This document shows positions 1 through 9,564 of a DNA stretch of 64,000 nucleotides, in pieces. Below the pieces are notes generated by a model. The model was not told where the DNA came from. It saw only the letters and a list, made by a program, of their open reading frames with translations, and searched no databases. The first letter of the stretch is position 1. Every line of letters begins with the position of its first letter. The stretch is taken from NCBI GenBank assembly GCA_963815255.1, contig CAWFGH010000012.1, forward strand, positions 67,049 through 131,048. The letters run 5' to 3'. Origin of the DNA: an uncultured delta proteobacterium. Its GTDB lineage: Bacteria > Desulfobacterota > Binatia > Binatales > Binataceae. The position numbers and the translations under genes are program-made.

Positions 1-785
1 CCGCCAGTCTCGGCGAACGGCGTCGCGCCGTTCATCATAAAGACCGCGGCGGTCAGGTTGTCGGCGGTGCCGCGCGCGTTGGCCGCCTCGATCAGGGCCT
101 TGCAGGCCGCCGCCGCCTCGTCGAGGCGCAGGAGATGCTCGAGTTCGTGCTCCTCGAGCACGTTGTAAAGTCCGTCGCTGCAGACCAGCACGCGGTCGCC
201 CTGGAGGAGCGCTATCGAGATCCGGTCCACCGACACGATCAGGTCGTGGCCGAGCGAGCGGTTGAGCGCCGAGCGCTCGGGATGATTGCGCGCGCGCGCC
301 GCGCTCATCAGGCCCATCCGCACGCGCTCGGCAATCACCGTGTGATCCTTGGTGAGCTGCGAGATACGGCCGCGGCGCACCAGGTACAACCGGCAATCGC
401 CCACGTGCGCCGCGCTAAGCCGCCCACCCTCGACCACCGCCGCGGTCAGTGTGGTGCCCATCCGGCGCAGCTCGGGCACCACGAGCGCGCGGTTGTGGAT
501 CTCGATATTGGCGCGCTGCACGGCGCGCTGCAGACGCTTGGCCGCGCCCCATGCGGGCGGGCTCTCGCGGTAACCGTCGATCGTGATATCGACCGCCATT
601 CGGCTGGCGATCTCGCCGCCTTCATAGCCGCCGATCCCGTCGGCGACCACGAACAACGCCGTCTGCGGACCGTCGATGAAGTGGCCGCAGGCGTCCTCAT
701 TTCCCGGCCGATCGGTGCCAGGGTCGGAAAGCAGGGCGAGATCGAAGTCAGCTCGCGGGGCGCCCGGACCGGTCGATTCGGCCAT
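1..785 (-). CDS. PP2C-family Ser/Thr protein phosphatase (3' end runs off the window)
   Basis: Absent from ORF track because no stop lies in the window. Minus-strand frame from ATG (complement of 783-785) reads MAESTGPGAPRADFDLALLSDPGTDRPGNEDAC..FVVADGIGGYEGGEIAS..VGDCRLYLV..VCSDGLYN..RGTADNLTAAVF, i.e. the PP2C metal-binding motifs (NED, DGxGG, SDG, DNxT). Confidence 0.85.
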   Translation of the reverse strand, partial: MAESTGPGAPRADFDLALLSDPGTDRPGNEDACGHFIDGPQTALFVVADGIGGYEGGEIASRMAVDITIDGYRESPPAWGAAKRLQRAVQRANIEIHNRALVVPELRRMGTTLTAAVVEGGRLSAAHVGDCRLYLVRRGRISQLTKDHTVIAERVRMGLMSAARARNHPERSALNRSLGHDLIVSVDRISIALLQGDRVLVCSDGLYNVLEEHELEHLLRLDEAAAACKALIEAANARGTADNLTAAVFMMNGATPFAETG

Positions 786-895
786 GCAACTCTCAGCCCG
801 GCGACCGCACGAGACCCCGCTCCCGCGCTATCCGTCCGCGCGGACGTGGCGCGGAGCACGCACGCATCCCGCGGGGACGCGTGCCTATAGCGAGA

Positions 896-1168
896 TCATG
901 GATTGCGCGCGCCACGCAATTCCCGCTCGGCGTTGAGCCAGTCGCCGAGATCGTTGCCATGAGTGGCGCCGCGCGCGAGGAAAAGCTCGTAGGCGCGCAG
1001 CCGTATGGTTTCGATGTTCGTTTCGCTATCGGGCCGGGCCGTACCCGCACCGTTACCGTTGTGCGCTGGCATGCCGTTGGATTCCTGCACCGCCGCCGCC
1101 ACTTCTTTGGCGGCGCTCTTCGACCGCCGCCGTACCGTCGTCCCGTTCCCCTTTCTTACCGTAGCCAT
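896..1168 (-). CDS. DUF2934-like small protein
   Basis: 90-aa ORF ending ..IRLRAYELFLARGATHGNDLGDWLNAERELRG, the characteristic DUF2934 C-terminal motif; basic disordered N-terminus. Confidence 0.6.
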   Translation of the reverse strand: MATVRKGNGTTVRRRSKSAAKEVAAAVQESNGMPAHNGNGAGTARPDSETNIETIRLRAYELFLARGATHGNDLGDWLNAERELRGARNP

Positions 1169-1435
1169 TGCTTAAAAAAACCTCCTTGAAAAAAACGGAG
1201 AGCAACGTTCCTGTTAACGGATACCGTGTGTTCAGCGCAGGGCCAAGAGGGCGCCAGTCATTTCATAACACGCCGGCCGTCCGTTCTTGCGTGGAGATCG
1301 GACGGCCGCTCAAAATACGCGCCACTCATGAATTGAAGGGCCGGCGGACCGCAGGGACAGGCGGCCCGCCGGCCAGCACACGGGGATCGATGCCTGGTCC
1401 TACCTCGTAATCGGGCGCTCAACTGCCTCGGTCAT

Positions 1436-2386
1436 TTAGAATATGACGCCGGTTTCGACCAGGCCTCGAACCTGCGAGTTATTAATGCCCTCCTTGCCGA
1501 ACACAGCGCCGGGCGCGTAGCTATTCGCTTGCACGTATGAAACCTCACCCCGGAAGAAAAATTGCTTGTACTGGAAAGTCGGCGTCAGCGTCAGAGAGAA
1601 GGCGTCGCTGCCGACTCCATACAAGAGGTTCGCGGCGCTGCCCTTAGGCGAATTCTCATTCCCAGTGGTGCCAATATATTCGGCGCGTCCGGCCACTGAA
1701 ATCATATCGGTGATAGCGTAACTCGCGAGAATTGCTCCACTTAAGGTCTGGGTTGATTTTCGGACCCCGATCTCCGGGTTGAACGGGATATTGGTTTCCT
1801 GGAACCAGGGTGTAATGACAAAGGGCGCATTACTGTACGTGTAGATCGCGTTGTAGATCTGGCCGTTGTTGTTGAGCAGCGGTGTCGCGAAATTGGTGGA
1901 TGCCGCAAAGCCGGCATTACCGCCGCCGACGATGCTCAAAGTATTTTGGGGATTTATCGTCCATGCCAACGACCCGTCAACCCAAGTGTAGCTGTGCGAG
2001 TAGAAGCCATTGTTCCAGCTCACCGATGCGGCGAGCGGTCCATAGGTATAGTTGAGCTGCAGGCCGCGATTGATGATGTTCTCCTGATTCCACAGCAGCC
2101 CGCGCTCGATATTCATGTTTTCGAAAGTGAAGGTGTACTCAGCCCCAAAGAGCGTCGGGAGATTGCCGGCTTCGATTGAAAAGCTGTCGGTCGGAGCGAT
2201 CTTGATATAGGCTTCCGGCAGGACCCCAAACAGTCTGTCTACCGATTTTGTCATGTTGATATAGGGATTGCCGACGATGGGAAAACTATAACCTCCCACT
2301 TGCAGATAGTATTGAATCAAGCCGTCAGCCTTCTGGATGATGGCCATCAGCGTTGCTGACGTCGATTCGGTTGTAGGGGTCGCCAA
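1436..2386 (-). CDS. outer-membrane beta-barrel porin, barrel portion (no signal peptide; probably the 3' half of a frame-disrupted gene)
   Basis: Alternating Gly/aromatic-rich beta-strand pattern and a terminal ..VETGVIF (C-terminal Phe typical of OMPs). The only start is a TTG at 2386, and there is no signal peptide. Confidence 0.6.
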   Translation of the reverse strand: MATPTTESTSATLMAIIQKADGLIQYYLQVGGYSFPIVGNPYINMTKSVDRLFGVLPEAYIKIAPTDSFSIEAGNLPTLFGAEYTFTFENMNIERGLLWNQENIINRGLQLNYTYGPLAASVSWNNGFYSHSYTWVDGSLAWTINPQNTLSIVGGGNAGFAASTNFATPLLNNNGQIYNAIYTYSNAPFVITPWFQETNIPFNPEIGVRKSTQTLSGAILASYAITDMISVAGRAEYIGTTGNENSPKGSAANLLYGVGSDAFSLTLTPTFQYKQFFFRGEVSYVQANSYAPGAVFGKEGINNSQVRGLVETGVIF

Positions 2387-2807
2387 CTACGGCGCGGTTC
2401 TGAAACAATCCGAGCCCACTTACGACGCCATTGACGTCGAAGTCGAAGAGAGTGGCGATCGGAGCGGGCAAGTCCGAGAGAAATGGCACATACTTCGGAA
2501 GATTGATTTCGTTGGGCGAGGCCATCACTAGCGGCCCCGTCATCGCGGGCGTTGAGAGCGGTGGCACCGGAGTGGCCGCGGCGACAGGCGCCGCCGGAGA
2601 ACCGGCAGCCGCGGGAGCCGCGCCTGCCGGAGCGGGCGCTGCCGGAGCGGCCGTCGCTGGAGCGGTGCTCGGAGTTCCGGGCGCCGCTGCGCCGGAGCTA
2701 TCGGCCCACGCGTTATGTTCACAAGTGATCATGACGGTCAGGAGCAGTACCGAAACGACGCTTCCGACAGCCCATCGTCCCCCGCGATTTCCCATGTTCA
2801 ACCTCAT
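2325..2807 (-). CDS. porin N-terminal portion: signal peptide + Ala/Pro-rich linker + first strands
   Basis: MRLNMGNRGGRWAVGSVVSVLLLTVMITCEHNAWA signal-like segment, then a long A/P-rich low-complexity run, then ..FDFDVNGVVSGLGLFQN. Overlaps the barrel ORF by 62 nt in another frame. Confidence 0.55.
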   Translation of the reverse strand: MRLNMGNRGGRWAVGSVVSVLLLTVMITCEHNAWADSSGAAAPGTPSTAPATAAPAAPAPAGAAPAAAGSPAAPVAAATPVPPLSTPAMTGPLVMASPNEINLPKYVPFLSDLPAPIATLFDFDVNGVVSGLGLFQNRAVVGDPYNRIDVSNADGHHPEG

Positions 2808-3030
2808 CTCCCTTGTTCAGTGCGCCCGCTAGATGATCGGGCGCAAAGAAGCCACTACACGTTAGGTGTCAGGGCCGTCCAATCAAGTTCTATGCCGTCA
2901 AAGCGCGATCGCTGTTCCTGCGATTCGTCAATGTTTTCCGTCGTCACACCATGATCTGGCGCCGCGATGCTGACCAGCGGGGCGGCATCTGCCGCTTCGG
3001 CGGTCAGCAATATGCAGTGCGATGCAATGC

Positions 3031-3080
3031 AAAATAAGGCGGGCGCCGGGACGCGCCTCTCGCGCGTCCCGGCGCCCGCC
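3031..3080 (-). terminator. Rho-independent terminator downstream of the APC permease gene
   Basis: Perfect 18-19 bp GC-rich inverted repeat (ggcgggcgccgggacgcg / cgcgtcccggcgcccgcc, 3038-3080). On the minus strand it is followed by TTATTTTG. Confidence 0.7.
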
Positions 3081-3106
3081 TGATGTCTCAGGTTGTTCCT
3101 TCTCTC

Positions 3107-4780
3107 TTAGGCCGGTTTGGAGACCGGTTTGGCCATCAGCACTGTCTCCTTACCCTTGCGGCGCGAATTGCGCTTGAAATAGACCGCGCCATAGACGCCC
3201 CAGACGATTGCGACTCCGACTGCGATCAGTGGCTCCTTGACGCTGCCAAGGCCTTCGATCGGTCCGATGATGTAAAACGCCATACAGGCGAAGTTCGCGA
3301 GCGCGCCGAAGACTGGCACCACCATGTGCTTGAAGCCGTGGAAGTCGTCATGCTCGCGGAAGGCCACGATACAGATGATGTTGGTCAGCCCGTAGAGCAT
3401 GAAAGTGCCGAAGTTCGAAACCAGTGTCACCAGGGCGAGGCCGTTGGGCAGTGCCGACAGTGACGCATTCGAGCTCATCCCGATCGCATACCAGAAGTTA
3501 TGCGGGAGCGTCGCGATCGTCTTGTCATCGGGCGCGGCCGAGCCCGCGAAGAAGAACAGCGCCGCGTATGCGCCAAGCACGGCGGAAATCGTAGCCAGCG
3601 CCCAGATGGCGCGATGCGGCGTCAGGTTGTCGCCGTGCAAGAAACCGAAGTGCTCGGGCACTTCTTCGTCGCGGCCCATCGCGTAGGTCACGCGCGCGCC
3701 AGTATTGATGCACGAGAGCGTTGTCCCGATCAGGGCGAGAAAGACGGTCAGCGCTTCGAGCAGCATGAAGCCCTGGCCATGCCCGCCCATCATCGCGTTG
3801 CCGATGATCACCATCATGTCGCCGATCGGAGCGGCCGAGCCCTTCGCGTCGGCGAGGCTGTATGCACTGTTCATGAAGTAGTTCGCCGCGAAGTATTCGA
3901 TGAGGTACATGAACAGGCATTGGATCGTGATCGAGAGCAGAACGCCGCGCGGGATGTCCCGCTTGGGATCCTTGGCCTCTTCACCGAGCGAGGTGATCGA
4001 CTCGAATCCCACCAGCAGCAGGATTGCGATGGTCATCTGCAGCATCAGCCAGTTGAAGTTGTGCGGCAGGACGACCGACCAGCCGTTGGGATGCGCCGGC
4101 GCGGGCCCGCTGAGTGCGTAGTGCAGGACTTTCTTGGTGCCGTCCAAGGCAAAGCCCATCGAGCCTTCGGGATGGCCAAGCCGGTACGAGATCGCGAGCG
4201 CGGAGAAAAACAGCAGCGCTGCTATCTGGATGATGTTGATGGCGAGGTTGACATTCGTCGATCCGTTGACGCCGCGATATGCGATATACGAGACGGCGTA
4301 GGCGAAAATGATCGCTACCAGCGCCATGAATACCGGACCGGGCACGCCTGCGTTCATCGCCCCCGGGACCAGAGTGCCTAAGATGTAGCCGATCATGACG
4401 CCCATGGTGGCGACCATCACGCCCGGATACACCCAATAGTAGAGATGCGAGGCCCATCCGGTTATGAACTTCGCAATACGGGCGAAGCGATAGGCGTGAG
4501 TGGTGTTCAGAAAGGCCCGCTCCGCGAACAGGTACGAGCTGCCCGCGCCCGGATAGAGCTTGGCCAGCTCCGAGTAAGATAATGCGGTGGCATAGGCGAG
4601 CAGGATTGCGGCAAAAATCCCCGCCCACATCGCCATGCCTGACGGAAAGGCGTAGCCCGCCTGAACCACAAACGTGATCCATAGAAACGCGCCCGGCGCG
4701 ATCAACGCCATCGCGTTGACCGTCACTCCGGTCAGTCCCAGGGTGGGCTGCATCTTGGGTTTTTCTGGTGCTCCGGCCAT
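3107..4780 (-). CDS. APC-superfamily amino acid/polyamine permease
   Basis: 557-aa highly hydrophobic ORF with about 12 predicted TM segments. N-terminus ..TLGLTGVTVNAMALIAPGAFLWITF and overall layout are typical of APC family permeases. Confidence 0.75.
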   Translation of the reverse strand: MAGAPEKPKMQPTLGLTGVTVNAMALIAPGAFLWITFVVQAGYAFPSGMAMWAGIFAAILLAYATALSYSELAKLYPGAGSSYLFAERAFLNTTHAYRFARIAKFITGWASHLYYWVYPGVMVATMGVMIGYILGTLVPGAMNAGVPGPVFMALVAIIFAYAVSYIAYRGVNGSTNVNLAINIIQIAALLFFSALAISYRLGHPEGSMGFALDGTKKVLHYALSGPAPAHPNGWSVVLPHNFNWLMLQMTIAILLLVGFESITSLGEEAKDPKRDIPRGVLLSITIQCLFMYLIEYFAANYFMNSAYSLADAKGSAAPIGDMMVIIGNAMMGGHGQGFMLLEALTVFLALIGTTLSCINTGARVTYAMGRDEEVPEHFGFLHGDNLTPHRAIWALATISAVLGAYAALFFFAGSAAPDDKTIATLPHNFWYAIGMSSNASLSALPNGLALVTLVSNFGTFMLYGLTNIICIVAFREHDDFHGFKHMVVPVFGALANFACMAFYIIGPIEGLGSVKEPLIAVGVAIVWGVYGAVYFKRNSRRKGKETVLMAKPVSKPA

Positions 4781-5055
4781 TCTCTTCTCCTTGGTGCGAA
4801 CCAGTCCGCGGCGTCAGATGCGACGCTCGGAGACAAAATCGCCCTGTCGTATTCGCGCAGCCAACCGCAAGAAGGGTGCCATGCAAAATGCAACTTTAGT
4901 GCTATGCAAAATACGACTTTTTGGCTGTGCGCCGTCGTCGGTGATGCCCACGCAGTGGGCATCCGCTCATCGATTGGTCACTCAATGCTGCAAGCTTGGA
5001 CGGCGGAAGCACGCCTTCGCCGCAGTTGGGCGGAAATGGATGAGTAGGCAGATGC

Positions 5056-5094
5056 GAAGAGTCGGGGCGCGGCGATGCCGCGCCCCGACTCTTC
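5056..5094 (-). terminator. terminator-like hairpin downstream of the cyclase-family gene
   Basis: Perfect 18-bp stem gaagagtcggggcgcggc / gccgcgccccgactcttc with a 3-nt loop, 25 nt after the stop at 5119. No clear U-tract. Confidence 0.45.
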
Positions 5095-5118
5095 AGAAAT
5101 CGAACTGAGGAGCGAACG

Positions 5119-6087
5119 CTACTTTATCGCTACCGCGTTGGGTGGCGACGCGATCCCGCCCTCCACATTGAGCGGACACGAGACCAGCATGAAGTCGTAC
5201 TGGCGGTCCTGATGACAATCGGTGGCGAGGTCGTCCAGCACGAACTGTTCACCCAGCGGCAGGCCGAGCAACGACAGCGTGCGATAGTGGAGCGCGCCTT
5301 CGTTGCGGAAATCCCACGGCCACTGCTCGACCGCAGGGCAATCGGTGCCGATCGCGGCGACCCGGCTGTCCCACATCCACGCCACCATCTCGCGCGTGTC
5401 CTCGATGCCGCAGGCTTTGAGCTTGTTCATCGGGGCCATCGCCGTCTTCTGCGCGGGCGTCGATTTGACGTAGGCCTGCATCCACCCGGTGCGCAGAAGC
5501 AGCACGCTGCCGGGCTTGAGCGAGCTGCCCTGCGCCTTGAGCGCGTCCTTCAGATCCTGCAGTGAGTAGCGCTCGGGTTCGAGCGGATTGACCGGCCGTC
5601 CCGCGTCTGCGCGGAACTTGAAAAGGTCGACCAGGTGGCCCTTGCCGACGAACTTGTCGGCCCAGCTATGGATGCTCAGGCGGCCGGCCTTCACGTCGTC
5701 GGAGGTCTTGCCGTTATAGAAGGCCTGATGTTTCAGGTTGCCGACGTGGCCGAGCCCGTCCCACTGGGCACCCTCCTGAGTGTTGTAGTTGTCGAGCATG
5801 TCGTCGAAGCCCAGCAGGCCGTAGGACTCGAAGCTCGAGAGCACGTGCTTGGCGGGCTTGCGTTCGAACAGTGGGGGGTTGGCGTAATTCAATCGCGTGT
5901 CGAGGCGAAAAATCCTGCCCTTCTTGACCATTCGGGCCGCCTCGATAACGCCCTCCGGAGTCAGGAAGTTGAGGCATCCGAGGTCATCTTCGTCGCCGAA
6001 CACGCCCCAGCACGAATCCGGCGGCGCACCTTTCTTGACCGGCAGTTCGGAGAACCTGGGCAGCTTTGCGAAATCGACTTTGGCCAT
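5119..6087 (-). CDS. cyclase-family protein (kynurenine-formamidase-like fold)
   Basis: MAKVDFAKLPRFSELPVKKGAPPDSCWGVFGDEDDLGCLNFLTPEGVIEAARMVKKGRIFRLD is the typical N-terminus of putative-cyclase family proteins. The start was moved to the internal ATG at 6087, which follows AGGAAGG; the upstream part of the ORF is Arg-rich junk. Confidence 0.7.
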   Translation of the reverse strand: MAKVDFAKLPRFSELPVKKGAPPDSCWGVFGDEDDLGCLNFLTPEGVIEAARMVKKGRIFRLDTRLNYANPPLFERKPAKHVLSSFESYGLLGFDDMLDNYNTQEGAQWDGLGHVGNLKHQAFYNGKTSDDVKAGRLSIHSWADKFVGKGHLVDLFKFRADAGRPVNPLEPERYSLQDLKDALKAQGSSLKPGSVLLLRTGWMQAYVKSTPAQKTAMAPMNKLKACGIEDTREMVAWMWDSRVAAIGTDCPAVEQWPWDFRNEGALHYRTLSLLGLPLGEQFVLDDLATDCHQDRQYDFMLVSCPLNVEGGIASPPNAVAIK

Positions 6088-6428
6088 GACAGTCACCTTC
6101 CTCGCGTGAGCATGGCCTGTTCGGCCACGCAGTTTAAGCGGGCGCCTTCCGATGCGGAGCCGGAACCCGACAGAGTTCGGTGGGAGCCCGCGGATGAGCG
6201 ATTCACGCCCCGATCGTTCGTCTAACAGGGAAGGTCGTGTCAAGTCTCGCCGCGTGCGTCGCCGGGACGATGAAGGCCGCTGGCTGACAGTCTGGGATGC
6301 ACTTGGGCGGACCGCACGGATACGACCGCCCGCGGCGCATCGGCGTGCCCTTCATGTGCCGATTTTCGGTATCGCGAGCCGTCGGCTATCGTATTCGCCA
6401 ACATGTGGAGCGAGGACAAGGGGTAGAG

Positions 6429-7628
6429 GTGCGAAGGCTTGGGAGAGCGCTTGGGGCGGCCGCGGTCGCCGGATGGCTCGGCGTGCTGCTGCTCGTGGTC
6501 TTGAGCGCGTCCTGCGGTCATCAGGGCTTTCTCACCGGCACCGAGGTGACGCCGACGCCCAGTCCCACGTCGAGTTCGACCGCGAGCGCGGGACCGACCG
6601 CAACCCCAACGCAAGGGCTGGTGTTCGCGACCAACAATGGCGACGGCAAGCTCAGCGAATTCAGCCGCGACCTGACCAGCGGCGCGCTCACACTAATCGG
6701 CACAACCGCGGTCGGCGCGGCGTCGGGGCCCACCGGGCTTGCGCTGAGTTCCTCCAACGGCTTTCTCTACGTCGCCAACTCGGCCGATCATCTTATCCGC
6801 GAGTTTAGCGTCGACACCTCCACTGGCGCACTGGCCGGGATCGGCTCGGTGAGCGACGGTGCGGCCAGTTCGCCGCAACGGATCGCGATCGATTCGTCGG
6901 GCAGCTTTCTGTACGTCACCGACGGCGCCGGCGGCACGATCTCGCAATACACCATCGCCTCCGACGGCACGCTCACCTCTATAGGCTCGTTCATCGACGC
7001 CGGCATCGTCGTGCAGCCGATGGGAATCGCGGCGGCGCCGGGCGGGGGCGCGATGTACGTCGCGGATTTCGGTTCCGGCTTGGTGATCTCGCTGAGCATC
7101 CAGGCCGGCGGGACGCTGGCGCTGGTCAACACTGTGGCGAGCCTGGGGACGGCCGGTCCCGGACAGCCGCTGGGAATCGTGGTCGATCCTACGGGCAATT
7201 TTGTCTACGTTGCCGACCGCGCAGGCGGCGTGGTGTCGGCATTTTCGGTCGGCGCGGGCAACGCGCTGACTTTTTTGGCCAGCTACCCGACCGCGGCCCT
7301 TACTCGCAAGACGTTTGATCTTGCGCTCGCCGACAACGCGGCGGCGCTCTTCCTCTACGCGACCAACGGAACGATCAACACCGTTTCGGATTTTATCGTG
7401 AGTACCGGAGTACTGTCGCTGCAGAGCGCGACCGGCGGGCTGAGCGGGCCGGAGGGAATCGTCAGCGACCCCACTGGGAGTTTCGTCTACGTGGCAAACA
7501 ATGCCACCGGCCAGGTCCTGGGTTATCAGGTAGGCGCGGCGGGAGCGCTTAGTTCGATCGGCACCTTCAATACCGAGAGCCCGGCCAATCCAGCCAGCTT
7601 CCCCGCGTTTCTTGCGATCACGCAGTAG
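6429..7628 (+). CDS. secreted/lipoprotein beta-propeller repeat protein (lactonase / YVTN-like)
   Basis: Signal/lipobox-like LLLVVLSASC, then repeated blades (..GPTGLALSSSNGFLYVANSADHLIREFSV.., ..PQRIAIDSSGSFLYVTDGAGGTISQY.., ..PLGIVVDPTGNFVYVADRAGGVVSAF.., ..PEGIVSDPTGSFVYVANNATGQVLGY..). GTG start at 6429 after AAGGGG is an inference; the ORF opens at 6297. Confidence 0.7.
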   Translation: MRRLGRALGAAAVAGWLGVLLLVVLSASCGHQGFLTGTEVTPTPSPTSSSTASAGPTATPTQGLVFATNNGDGKLSEFSRDLTSGALTLIGTTAVGAASGPTGLALSSSNGFLYVANSADHLIREFSVDTSTGALAGIGSVSDGAASSPQRIAIDSSGSFLYVTDGAGGTISQYTIASDGTLTSIGSFIDAGIVVQPMGIAAAPGGGAMYVADFGSGLVISLSIQAGGTLALVNTVASLGTAGPGQPLGIVVDPTGNFVYVADRAGGVVSAFSVGAGNALTFLASYPTAALTRKTFDLALADNAAALFLYATNGTINTVSDFIVSTGVLSLQSATGGLSGPEGIVSDPTGSFVYVANNATGQVLGYQVGAAGALSSIGTFNTESPANPASFPAFLAITQ

Positions 7629-7739
7629 GCGTAGTGAAGAAGGGCCGTTCACGAGCGGCCCTACATCAGAAAGCGAATCGTTCCGTTGTAGGCGCCGCTT
7701 GCGAGTGGCCCTCTCTGCGTGGCTGTGAAAGCGGCCTGC

Positions 7740-8876
7740 TTAGGTAAACGGGAGCGCTTTGGCGGGCTGCGTGACTCCCTTCTGGCGCGCGCGGATCAGC
7801 AGGTCTCGCAGCTTGGCGGGGTTGATCGGCTTCTTGAACAGCGCGCCCTCCAGCCCTTTCAGCCGGCTGCGCATCAGGATGTGGTCGCGGTCGTAGTTGT
7901 ACGCGGTCATCAGGATGACCGGCAGATGCGGCATCTCTTCCTTCACGCGGGTGTAGAACTCGTAGCCGTCCATTTCGGGCATCACGACGTCGGAGATGAC
8001 CGCGTCGACGCGCACGTTTCGCAGGATGCCGAAGGCGGTGCTGGGACGGATAGCAGTGTAGACCTGGCAGCGCTCGGCGCGCAGCACGTCGGCGAGCGAG
8101 CTCACGACCGAGAGGTCGTCGTCGAGCACCAGCACCGACATACCGGCCAGCGGCCAGTCGCATCCGTTCCTCGACGCGTCGGGCACCGTTGCGCGCTCTT
8201 CAGCCTCGGCGCCACTGGGCGCGAGATCGGCCATCTTCTTGCCCGCCAGGTAGTCGCGGGTTACGTAGATGCCCTTGCGGGTCATCTCGTCGAGCCGGCG
8301 CACGATGCCCTGTACGCGCCGGATACCGGTGCGGATCGAATCGAGCCGCTCGTGCTCGACCACCAGTTCGGCGTCGGAGAGATGGGCCTCGACGCAACGC
8401 GCGAGCAGGTCGAGGTTGTTGGTGATGGCTTCCAGCGGATTGTAGATCTCGTGCGCGAGGCTGACCGCGATTTCCCCGGCCGTCGCGAGCTGCTCGCGAT
8501 GGCGCATCATGCGGATGTCGCGGGCGAAGCCGATGGAACCGGCCACCGTCCCGTCCTTCTCGTAGATGATCGAGCCCGAGATCGCGACCGGGATCAGCTC
8601 GCCCGCCTTGCAGCGGAGCACGGTCTCGAAGTTGGAGATGCGCCCCGAATCCTCGCTGGCGGCGCGCATCGCCTTCATCACGCGGCGCGCTTCCTCCAGC
8701 GAGGGGTAGATGGTGGTGATTTTCTGGCCGACGATTTCCTCGGCGGAGTAGTGCAGATTTTTGCGCGCTCCGTCGTTGTAGAAAATGATCGTGCCGTCAC
8801 GGTCGACCGCGATGATGATGTCAGGGGAGCTTTCGACCAGGCTTTGGAGATAGTTATGGTCCAATGATGACAACAT
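7740..8876 (-). CDS. PAS - HisKA - receiver (REC) protein lacking a recognisable HATPase domain
   Basis: N-terminal PAS (..SSPDIIIAVDRDGTIIFYNDGA..), an H-box (SLAHEIYNPLEAI), and a C-terminal REC (VLVLDDD.., ISDVVMPEMDG, LMTAY, FKKP). No N/G1/G2 boxes lie between HisKA and REC. Confidence 0.8.
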   Translation of the reverse strand: MLSSLDHNYLQSLVESSPDIIIAVDRDGTIIFYNDGARKNLHYSAEEIVGQKITTIYPSLEEARRVMKAMRAASEDSGRISNFETVLRCKAGELIPVAISGSIIYEKDGTVAGSIGFARDIRMMRHREQLATAGEIAVSLAHEIYNPLEAITNNLDLLARCVEAHLSDAELVVEHERLDSIRTGIRRVQGIVRRLDEMTRKGIYVTRDYLAGKKMADLAPSGAEAEERATVPDASRNGCDWPLAGMSVLVLDDDLSVVSSLADVLRAERCQVYTAIRPSTAFGILRNVRVDAVISDVVMPEMDGYEFYTRVKEEMPHLPVILMTAYNYDRDHILMRSRLKGLEGALFKKPINPAKLRDLLIRARQKGVTQPAKALPFT

Positions 8877-9302
8877 GATGGGTTACCGCGGAAGTTCAAT
8901 CCCTTTCCGCCAGGACGCGGCACGCCGGGCGGCAGGCTTTGGATTTCATTTTTTGTTCAGCGCGAGGCGATATGGTTTGTGGCACGCGGCCGAAAGTCTT
9001 CGGCGCGCGGCCTTTGTACTAAATATAACCTCGATCGGCAGTTCGAAGCGGAGTGCGCGCGGCTTGAGGTCCCCCGAGACCGAAAATCATCTTCGTCCCC
9101 TCCTCCGTCCGCACAACCACCGCAGCGTAGGTCTCGCATGCATCATACTTTGCCATCCCCAGCGCAGTGCTTCTCACATTTTCAGTTAAAAAGCACGCGA
9201 CCCACGGCGTTGTCGCCACCGCAGGCATCTGGACCCTGGATGCCGTCCCGACCTGTTGGTTAGTATATCCCTCGCTGAAGTGCAATGCATCTGCCCATAG
9301 GG

Positions 9303-9352
9303 AATAAACACTCAACAGGGGTGGATAAACCCTCAACAGGAGTTAATAAACA
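9303..9352. repeat. 20-bp-period direct repeats ATAAAC(A/C)CTCAACAGG x2 plus a third ATAAACA
   Basis: ggaATAAACACTCAACAGGggtggATAAACCCTCAACAGGagttaATAAACA read directly. Contains ggtggataa, which is TTATCCACC on the other strand. Confidence 0.8.
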
Positions 9353-9564
9353 TCCGACAAGTGCCAAAAACGGACATCGGGACAGACATAGAGAAAGCGC
9401 GCGGTCCAATCGGGTCGGAAAGGCGCCCGCTAAGCCGCTCATTCTTTATTTCCCTCCGCGCGTTTTTTGCGGTGTCGACAAAATGCGGGGAAAGAGATCC
9501 ATCGCTTCGCGGAGATCCTTCGCTGATGCTCAGGATGACGGCAGGGGCGTTTTCGCCGTCATCG

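Noticed and set aside
135-890. 251-aa plus-strand ORF (and overlapping ORFs 349..573, 446..859)
   Set aside because: It is the antisense or shadow frame of the minus-strand PP2C gene, which shows all PP2C motifs. The plus-strand product is Arg/Ala/His-rich with no domain features.
9019-9336. 105-aa minus-strand ORF in the AT-richer spacer; the segment YAAVVVRTEEGTKMIFGLGGP vaguely resembles the N-terminus of a HicB antitoxin
   Set aside because: The similarity is too weak to support by eye. There is no HicA-like partner, no RBS, and the ORF spans repeat sequence. At most it is a decayed remnant.
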